A stretch of 13,666 bases of DNA, from contig CAZOYL010000070.1 of the NCBI GenBank assembly GCA_964584035.1, forward strand, positions 1 to 13,666, in the 5' to 3' direction. A program made the position numbers and the translations under genes. How positions within the stretch are numbered: the first letter of the stretch is position 1; each line of letters begins with the position of its first letter. This DNA comes from an uncultured Gemmatimonadota bacterium. Its GTDB lineage: Bacteria > SM23-81. A model generated the notes under the pieces. It was not told where the DNA came from. It saw nothing but the letters and a program-made list of their open reading frames with translations, and ran no database searches. Of the stretch, positions 1 through 6,482 are shown one piece after another.

Positions 1-1
1 C

Positions 2-967
2 TACCTGGGCAACATCTATGGCTCGGCCGTGGAGGCCAGCCGATACAACCGGGTCCGGGAAAAGAATCTGCCGGAGGATGAGGACGTCATCGAAGACCGG
101 CGGGCGGGGTCTCAATCGCCCGGCGACTCCCTGGGTTTCGAGGCCCGGTATGATATCGGTCTGGCTCAGCTCAACCGCAAACGCTGGCATTGGGCTCGAG
201 CGGAGCTGGAGCACGCCGCCCAATCCGCATCCTCTGACCGGCAAAACCTTCGCGCCCGGCTGCGTCTGGGTCAGAGCTATGTGAGCGAGGGATTACCGGA
301 AACAGGAGAGATCGCCCTGAGGGACCTGCTGCGGGATGCACATAATCGGGGAGCAGAGGATGTCATGGCGGCGGCACAGTACTGGCTGGGCGTCAGCACG
401 CTGCAACAGGGGCTGTGGGTGGAGGCGTCCGGATGGTTCCGGGATCTGTCGGAGCGTTTCCCGGGAGAGGACACAGCGGCTGGCGACAGCATGACAGGTC
501 GTCTACGGCCCGGCGATATCTCCAACAGCGATCTCCCGATAAGTGATGCTTCAGCCGGTGACACCGCCTTTCTCTCGACCGATGTTCGCCTGGCCAGCGA
601 TCTCTCGACCGCCGCCGCGCAACTGGAGCTGGCCGCTCGCCAGGGCTATTGTCTGCCCCGCCGATCGCCGGCCCTGGCCACGACGATGTCCCTGGTCCTG
701 CCCGGCAGCGGGCAGGCCTACGCCGGCCGGCCCTGGAACGGCCTGGTGTCCCTGGTGTTCAACGCGGCCGCCGGCTATCTGACCATCGATGCCTTCCGGG
801 ACGACCGCCGTCTGGACGGGACCCTGCTGGTCACGCTGGTCTGGTCCCGGTTCTACTTCGGCGGCCTGCAGAACGCCGGCCGGTATGCTCGGGAATACAA
901 CCGGGCGCGGATTGAGGAGCACTTGGAGGCCTATGAAATGCTCATCGAGCCGATCTACACAGACTGA
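2..967 (+). CDS. TPR-like repeat protein with C-terminal membrane (TM2-like) domain; 5'-truncated by the window edge
   Basis: The frame is open from position 2 (YLGNIYGSA precedes the GTG at 29), so the ORF-track start is probably internal. It has TPR-like helices (ARYDIGLAQL..W..A..EL, ARLRLGQSY, AAAQYWLGVSTLQQGLWVEASGWFRDL..RFP), then SPALATTMSLVLPGSGQAYAGR and two hydrophobic segments. Stop is TGA at 965-967. Confidence 0.75.
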   Translation, partial: YLGNIYGSAVEASRYNRVREKNLPEDEDVIEDRRAGSQSPGDSLGFEARYDIGLAQLNRKRWHWARAELEHAAQSASSDRQNLRARLRLGQSYVSEGLPETGEIALRDLLRDAHNRGAEDVMAAAQYWLGVSTLQQGLWVEASGWFRDLSERFPGEDTAAGDSMTGRLRPGDISNSDLPISDASAGDTAFLSTDVRLASDLSTAAAQLELAARQGYCLPRRSPALATTMSLVLPGSGQAYAGRPWNGLVSLVFNAAAGYLTIDAFRDDRRLDGTLLVTLVWSRFYFGGLQNAGRYAREYNRARIEEHLEAYEMLIEPIYTD

Positions 968-1058
968 AAACGGCGACCCCTGGTGAAGAATGAAACTGCT
1001 TTGCCGGGATCTCGTCTTCAACTAAAGTATTTTCACGCTTCTCCGCAAGCTACCATTT

Positions 1059-1097
1059 AAAAAAGGGCTCCGATCTCCCGGAGCCCTTCATTTTTTT
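1059..1097. terminator. Bidirectional rho-independent terminator between convergent genes
   Basis: Perfect 10-bp stem AAGGGCTCCG (1063-1072) / CGGAGCCCTT (1079-1088) with a 6-nt loop. An A-run lies on the left (1059-1064) and a T7 run on the right (1091-1097), between the convergent stops at 967 and 1131. Confidence 0.85.
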
Positions 1098-1130
1098 CTA
1101 TCGTCTTTCTTCTACGGGCCAATCACGCCT

Positions 1131-1703
1131 TTACTGCCCGAGCATATAGGCGATCGTCCCGAAGATGCCGAAGTGGTCGGGATCGGCGATGGCGTACCGG
1201 GCTTCAATACCGCCCCTCAGGTTCGGGGACAATTTCATCTCCACACCACCCACGGCATGAAAGCCGATGTCGGTGGAGGAATCATCGCAGCTCTCATCGA
1301 GCAGGTCCCCATAGAGGTTATCACAGGTCCATTCCCACTTGAACATATGCAGGGCCAGCCCTCCCCCGACGAAGGGCGCTACCGTGCCCTGGGTGGGGAT
1401 CATATACTTGGCCGTGGCCCCGATCATGATGTCGCTCCAGGTCCACTCGGCGTCATCGCCCATAAAACCATAGTTATAGGATTTCGACCAGTAATCCACG
1501 CTGCCCTCCAGGCGCAGGACGGGAATGATGGTGCCCAGATCGGCCACCACGCCCACGCCGAAGGTACCGTCGATGGGATCCTCGGGCTTCACGTAACCCA
1601 CACGGCCGCCGATGCCCATGAAGCCGATTCCGGCCGAGACGGCGCCGGCGAACAGGACCGAAGTTAGGACCGAAACCAAGGCGACGAAGATCAGTTTTTT
1701 CAC
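1131..1703 (-). CDS. Small outer-membrane beta-barrel protein (OmpA/OmpW-like, about 8 strands), paralog 1
   Basis: GTG start with a strong SD, AGGAGGTGA (1707-1715). Sec signal peptide MKKLIFVALVSVLTSVLFAGAVSA. Alternating amphipathic strands: LRLEGSVDYW, IGATAKY, PFVGGGLALH, GFHAVGGVE, IEARY. Confidence 0.82.
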   Translation of the reverse strand: MKKLIFVALVSVLTSVLFAGAVSAGIGFMGIGGRVGYVKPEDPIDGTFGVGVVADLGTIIPVLRLEGSVDYWSKSYNYGFMGDDAEWTWSDIMIGATAKYMIPTQGTVAPFVGGGLALHMFKWEWTCDNLYGDLLDESCDDSSTDIGFHAVGGVEMKLSPNLRGGIEARYAIADPDHFGIFGTIAYMLGQ

Positions 1704-1814
1704 CCTTCACCTCCTGAAGATAGTTCACAGGGTTCGATTAAAAGCGTCAAGGATCATATTCCGGACGTTCCTGTTCTCTCACCTCCCTCCAGCGACAGGG
1801 TGAAAGGTCGGATA

Positions 1815-2426
1815 TCAGGGGAGTTTAAAGGTCGCGCCGGCATACAAAGAGGTTGACTTGGTCGAGCCGTCACCGGTGAAGATGACCCCGTAACGTCCCT
1901 CGGCAAAGAATTCCAGAGGAAACAGGGGCAGGCTGAGCAGCACGCCGCCCAGGGCATGCGCCCCGGTCTTCGATTCGGAGTAATCCTCGTTCAGCGGAAT
2001 GGTGTACTGGGTGCCGGGAATGTCGATGGTTGAGGTCATCAGGTGCATCCCCAGACCGGCCCCGAGGTAAGGCTTGATCGGGCTCAGCGGCGGAGAAATG
2101 TGATACTTGGCCGAGGCCCGCAGGGATACCAGGCGAAAGGTGACCTCTCCGCTGAGATCCTGGTCCCCGGGAATGGAGATCCCGATATCGTATTTCTTCT
2201 GGGCATACTCCGCGCTGGCCTCCAGATCGATGATCGGCAGGGTCCCGATCTTGATATGCCCGCCGAACATGGTCATGGTATCGAAGGATTCTCCGGTGTT
2301 GGGATCCTCTAACTTGGTCGTCCCGGCGCGAACCCCGAAGCCCAGGCCGGTTAGGGCTTCGGATGAACCAAGGCTGAAGAGCAGAAGGCCCATCATGACC
2401 GCCAAAGTCCATTTCATCATTCTCAT
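1815..2426 (-). CDS. Small outer-membrane beta-barrel protein, paralog 2
   Basis: ATG start with SD GAGGAG; signal peptide ends SSEA. Strands: GLGFGVRAG, DLEASAEY, LRASAKY, KPYLGAGLGMH, GAHALGG, FAEGRY, LYAGATF. Confidence 0.82.
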   Translation of the reverse strand: MRMMKWTLAVMMGLLLFSLGSSEALTGLGFGVRAGTTKLEDPNTGESFDTMTMFGGHIKIGTLPIIDLEASAEYAQKKYDIGISIPGDQDLSGEVTFRLVSLRASAKYHISPPLSPIKPYLGAGLGMHLMTSTIDIPGTQYTIPLNEDYSESKTGAHALGGVLLSLPLFPLEFFAEGRYGVIFTGDGSTKSTSLYAGATFKLP

Positions 2427-2471
2427 CTCGATCTCCTCTCGTCAGATCAACCATCTCTCGATTGAATGGCA

Positions 2472-2510
2472 TAAATAACGTTGAAATATGCGAATTGTCA
2501 ACATTTTTTT
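2472..2510 (-). promoter_or_regulatory. Candidate sigma70-type promoter for the two beta-barrel genes
   Basis: Perfect -35 TTGACA (2496-2501) preceded by an A7 tract (UP-element-like). The best -10 is an imperfect TATTTA (2472-2477) at 18-nt spacing, in an AT-rich intergenic gap. Confidence 0.5.
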
Positions 2511-2538
2511 GATCCCGGGTGATCTGTTCTCCTTTTTT

Positions 2539-3474
2539 TCAGGCTCTTCCATCACCCTCATCCACCAGTGACAGATGGGCCAATTGATCCATCTCCCTGA
2601 TGCCGTACCATCCGCTCTTGATCCCAGCCACCCGATTGGCGAATCGGCTGGACTCCCGGAAATCCTTCGAACAGGCCTGCCGGGCCACGAAGGCGGCCAG
2701 GAAGACATCGCCGCAGCCGGTGGTATCCACGATCCGTCCCGGCCGGTGAGGTGCAAACCGCTCGACGGAGAGGTCCCCCCCCGAATCGGTGACCAGCAGC
2801 GATCCCCGGGCATCCAGTGTGATCAGCAGCGCGGAAGGACCGGCATCCAGCACCGTCCGGCCGAAGCGCCGCACCTCGCCATCCTGATCCAGCCGGCTGC
2901 CGGAAAGAGACCGGGCCTCTGCTTGATTCATCTGAACCACATCGGCCAGGGCCAACCACCTGGGCCACTGCGGCAGAGGCCGGGGATATCGGCGGCCCTG
3001 CCGATCGATCCCTAAGGTCAGGCTGTGAATGTCGGTATAGATGGTCGCCGCGGTGCCGGCCCGAAGTCGGGAAAAGGTCTCCAGAGACAAATCCTGCCCG
3101 GAGATGAAGTTGACCAGAAACACATCGGCCTCCAGGAAGGGGATCAGTTGATCGTAGGTCACGGCCGGCAGCCCGCCCAGCTGGATCTCCTCCCGTTCGC
3201 TGTTGGAAAGGTACCGCAGATAGACGTGGTTATTCTTCTCCTCGACTACCGTGATGCCTTCCTGGGATATGGCCGTAAAGCGGGACAACAGTGCTCGAAT
3301 GGGGTCTTCGATATCCCGGCCTAAGTTGATGACCGGCAGGATGGTTGACCCCGGCGGCGTTAACTGGGCCAGCGTCAGGATGCTGTAAAGCAATCCTCCA
3401 TAGCTGTGCTTGACCTGCCCATCGGGCAACTCGATGGTATCCTGGTTTATGGTCCCGATGACGGCGATCCTCAT
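2539..3474 (-). CDS. PfkB/ribokinase-family carbohydrate kinase, substrate unknown
   Basis: N-terminal IAVIGTINQD, QMNQAEA (NxxE motif), ITLDARGS, and the PfkB signature 2 IVDTTGCGDVFLAAF. Start overlaps the GT9 gene stop (ATGA, 3471-3474). Confidence 0.88.
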   Translation of the reverse strand: MRIAVIGTINQDTIELPDGQVKHSYGGLLYSILTLAQLTPPGSTILPVINLGRDIEDPIRALLSRFTAISQEGITVVEEKNNHVYLRYLSNSEREEIQLGGLPAVTYDQLIPFLEADVFLVNFISGQDLSLETFSRLRAGTAATIYTDIHSLTLGIDRQGRRYPRPLPQWPRWLALADVVQMNQAEARSLSGSRLDQDGEVRRFGRTVLDAGPSALLITLDARGSLLVTDSGGDLSVERFAPHRPGRIVDTTGCGDVFLAAFVARQACSKDFRESSRFANRVAGIKSGWYGIREMDQLAHLSLVDEGDGRA

Positions 3475-4547
3475 GCCGGCCTCTCTTCGGTTGAGTCGAG
3501 GATGGACCGAACCGCCTCCAGGACGGTCTCCGGCCTAATCTCCCGCATGCAGGTGAAGGTCCCCCGGGGACACCTGTTCCCGCCATGTATGCCGCAGGGC
3601 CGGCAGTCCACATCGGCCCCCAGGACGATGTGACCGTCGCCGCAGGGAGCAAAACCGAATTCCGGAACGGTCGGGCCGAAGATGGCCACCACCGGGCATT
3701 GAGCGGCCGCCGCCAGATGGGCGGCGGCGCTGTCGTTGGAGATGACCAGCCGGCAGCGCTCCATCAGGGCCGCCGCGGAGAGCACCGAGAGTTCTCCGGC
3801 GGCCACGGGGATTCCCCCGCCGGCCAGCCGGACGATGCGCCGGCACAGCGGGCCATCCTCCGCTCCGCCGAACAGGACCACGGAGCGCCCCTGTTCCTCG
3901 CGTAAACGGCCGATGACGCTGACGTAACCCTCCGGAAGCCAGCGCTTGGTGGGCCAGACCGAGCCCGGTGCCACGCCGATGAGGTCCCTTCGCGGGGCGA
4001 TCTCGTGCCGGTCGAGAAAGTCCTGGGCCCTCCGGCGATGATCCTCTCCGGGGTAGACCCGCGGCGGGCCGGCCTCGGCGTCGACGCCCATAGCTTTGAG
4101 CAGACTGAGATTGCGCTGCGTCTCGGGGAGCGCCTTATCGCGCGGCACCCTGTCGGTGAACAGAACAGAGCCTGCACTGGAGTCAAATCCAATCCTCCGC
4201 GGGATTCCGGTCGAAGCCGCCAGCAGGGCGCTGCGGAACGAGCGGTGCGGCACCAGGGCCAGATCGAAGCGCTCCCGGCGAAGCCGGCGGGCCATGGCGA
4301 ACAATCCGCGGGGCCCCCGATCCCGGCCGCGTTTGTCATAGACCAGATGATCGGCGACGGCAGGGTGATGGAGCAGGATCTCGGCCGTGGAGGGAATCGT
4401 CAAGGCCGTGATACGGCTGTCAGGATAGGATTGACGAAGGCCCTGAATGAGGGGCAAGGTGAGGATGACGTCACCTAAAAAGGCCGTCTGGATAACGAGG
4501 ATCTTTCCCGGCCAGGACTCCGGCGTGTCACTGTGGGCGGTCACCAT
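3471..4547 (-). CDS. waaF: Glycosyltransferase family 9, LPS heptosyltransferase II-like
   Basis: KILVIQTAFLGDVILTLP, PHRSFRSA, RRIGF, APGSVWPTKRW, ISNDSAAAHLA, AIFGPT and CRPCGIHG..C....F.CM motifs. The family call is firm; the exact WaaF activity is less certain. The start could be the GTG at 4544, which is better spaced from AGGAG. Confidence 0.85.
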   Translation of the reverse strand: MVTAHSDTPESWPGKILVIQTAFLGDVILTLPLIQGLRQSYPDSRITALTIPSTAEILLHHPAVADHLVYDKRGRDRGPRGLFAMARRLRRERFDLALVPHRSFRSALLAASTGIPRRIGFDSSAGSVLFTDRVPRDKALPETQRNLSLLKAMGVDAEAGPPRVYPGEDHRRRAQDFLDRHEIAPRRDLIGVAPGSVWPTKRWLPEGYVSVIGRLREEQGRSVVLFGGAEDGPLCRRIVRLAGGGIPVAAGELSVLSAAALMERCRLVISNDSAAAHLAAAAQCPVVAIFGPTVPEFGFAPCGDGHIVLGADVDCRPCGIHGGNRCPRGTFTCMREIRPETVLEAVRSILDSTEERPA

Positions 4548-5529
4548 GATCTCCTGAAGGGCGGCGGATCGAGGAACGCCTTACCGGCGAGCGCTGGGCC
4601 GGTGAACGGCCTGGCCACGGCGGTGAGACGTTGTCTTCCGCGGGCGGCCGGGTCTTCCAGCGGCGATGGGGCCAGAACCACTGGTGGGGATGGGCTCGAA
4701 TGTGAGCCTCCAAATTCCGCGTATAGGCCTCCAGAATCCGGCGAAGATCCTCCTGTGAATCACCGCTTGGGGTCACTTTCAGGGGAGGTTCGATGACCAG
4801 ACGGTGGCGGCCGTCCGGCTGCCGGCTGACGAAGCCCATCAAGATGGGAGCCCCGGTGCGCAGGGCGATCCGGGCCACTCCCGGTGCCGTGGAGGCCGGG
4901 CGTCCCATGAAGGGGATGAAGATGCCATCCCGGCCGCCGTCCTGATCGGCCAGCATGACCAGCAGGCGGTTTTGCCGCAGCGACCGCAGGATGGCCCGGG
5001 GCGTTCCGCTGGAGCGGATGATGTCCGCGCCCACCCAGCTGCGATGGCGGTTCATGAGATCGTCGAACAGCGGGTTCTTCTGCGATCGAACGAACAGATC
5101 GACGGCAACACCATTCAGAGCGAAGGCCGGGCCCAGCAATTCCCAGGCACCGAAATGCCCGCTCAGCAGAATGGCGCCGCGTCCGGCCTGCAGTGCCTGT
5201 TGGAGGTTTTCCAGTCCCCGGATATCGAGCAATCCGGCCAGGCGGTCCCGATTCAACACGGGGAAATGGCAGAATTCCACCAGGCCTTTTCCCAGGTGGC
5301 GATAGCACCGCGCTCCCAGTCTGACCCGTTCACGCCGGTCCGTCAGCTCCGGAAAGGCCCAGTGCAGGTTCTCCAGGGTCACCCTCCGGCGCAGGCGCAC
5401 GACGCTGAAGGTCATCTGCCCTAGCGCGGCGCCGCACCACCGCCCCGGGCCCAGGGGGATCCGGCGCATCAGTCCCGAGAGGATCAGCGCCAGCCAGTAC
5501 TCCAGTCGATACCTCAGGGGATGCTTCAT
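4528..5529 (-). CDS. Lipid A late acyltransferase (LpxL/HtrB family)
   Basis: Catalytic HX4E motif HFGAWE, ENL..AFP, LADQD, PFMGRPAST, and IRAHPHQWFWPHRRWKT. I placed the start at ATG 5529 (MKHPLRY) because it forms an ATGA overlap with the upstream stop at 5526-5528; the ORF track used 5541. Confidence 0.88.
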   Translation of the reverse strand: MKHPLRYRLEYWLALILSGLMRRIPLGPGRWCGAALGQMTFSVVRLRRRVTLENLHWAFPELTDRRERVRLGARCYRHLGKGLVEFCHFPVLNRDRLAGLLDIRGLENLQQALQAGRGAILLSGHFGAWELLGPAFALNGVAVDLFVRSQKNPLFDDLMNRHRSWVGADIIRSSGTPRAILRSLRQNRLLVMLADQDGGRDGIFIPFMGRPASTAPGVARIALRTGAPILMGFVSRQPDGRHRLVIEPPLKVTPSGDSQEDLRRILEAYTRNLEAHIRAHPHQWFWPHRRWKTRPPAEDNVSPPWPGRSPAQRSPVRRSSIRRPSGDHGDRPQ

Positions 5530-6482
5530 GGGTCCGTCCACCTCCCGGAAGCATCTTCCGGATGCGATCCCTCATCGCGGTCCTGTTCGATCAGCTCCCA
5601 CTGCCGCAATGTTCGGCGGGAACGATGGCGCTTGAGGAGAAAAACCACCACAAAAAGGCTCAGCATGAAGCTCCACAGCACGATGGGATCGCTGATGATG
5701 GAGATCCAGTTGAATCGCCGAACGACCTCACGGTGCCACTGATGAAGGAATTCCCGATAGGTCATTCCCAGGCTGATGCCCATGGCCAGGTCGATATCGC
5801 CGGAATCGGCCAGCTCCCCCACCAGCTCCCGGAGAGCGTCTTCTCCGAACCGCTCGACGATAAAGGCCACAGCCAGGAAGCTCTCCGCATAAGCCAGATT
5901 GGCCCGGGGTCGGCCGAAGGTGTTGACCCGGGAGATCTCGTCCAGAGGAATGAGCGAGTGAAACAGCAGGGCTCTGGCCACCAGCACGCTTTGACCCATC
6001 TCCCACTCATGGGAGATATACATGGCCAGTCCCTCGTCCAGCCACCGGGGCGCGGGAACCGTTCCCAGGGCCTGGCCCAGCACGATGTGAGACAGTTCGT
6101 GGGCCAGGATCTGGCGCAGGCTCTGTTGGCCCCTGTCGCCGCCGGAGGCGATCAGGACGATGCGGTTGCGGGCCGGAACGGCGGCGCCAATGCCCCATTC
6201 CGGGATGGCGCCCGAGGTGAGCTGCTCGAACTCATGTCTGTCCCCGGCCAGGTACAGGTGTACCCTCTCCCGGGGCCGGTGGCCGACCATGTCGGTGACC
6301 CGCTCATATTCCCGCTCCGCCACGGCGAGAAGATTTCCGGCCACCCGGACATTTTCCGGCCGGAAGAAGAAGATGAAGTGATCGGAGCTTTCGACGAGAC
6401 CGGTCCAGGATCGATCCTCCGCCCGGGAACCGGCCGACGACAGGATCAAGAGAAAAACCAGCACGGCCCGGCAACGGGTCAT
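5526..6482 (-). CDS. Exported, C-terminally membrane-anchored zinc metallopeptidase (peptidase MA-like / gluzincin)
   Basis: Signal peptide ends SRA. HELSH is followed after 17 residues by the E of WLDEGLA. LAYAES motif. C-terminal TM IVLWSFMLSLFVVVFLL followed by basic KRHRSRR. ATGA overlap with the mnmA stop (6479-6482). Confidence 0.8.
   Translation of the reverse strand: MTRCRAVLVFLLILSSAGSRAEDRSWTGLVESSDHFIFFFRPENVRVAGNLLAVAEREYERVTDMVGHRPRERVHLYLAGDRHEFEQLTSGAIPEWGIGAAVPARNRIVLIASGGDRGQQSLRQILAHELSHIVLGQALGTVPAPRWLDEGLAMYISHEWEMGQSVLVARALLFHSLIPLDEISRVNTFGRPRANLAYAESFLAVAFIVERFGEDALRELVGELADSGDIDLAMGISLGMTYREFLHQWHREVVRRFNWISIISDPIVLWSFMLSLFVVVFLLKRHRSRRTLRQWELIEQDRDEGSHPEDASGRWTDP

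Noticed and set aside
990..1025. 11-codon ORF MKLLCRDLVFN after the TPR gene
   Set aside because: Too short, with a weak RBS and no supporting evidence.
1717..1750. TTGACG as a -35 for beta-barrel 1
   Set aside because: There is no acceptable -10 at 16-18 nt. TATCTT is 22 nt away and abuts the SD.
1870..2472. 200-aa alternative-frame ORF over beta-barrel 2, and similar Arg/Pro-rich overlapping ORFs across the window
   Set aside because: Their composition is typical of off-frame translation of GC-rich genes, and a better-supported gene occupies each locus.
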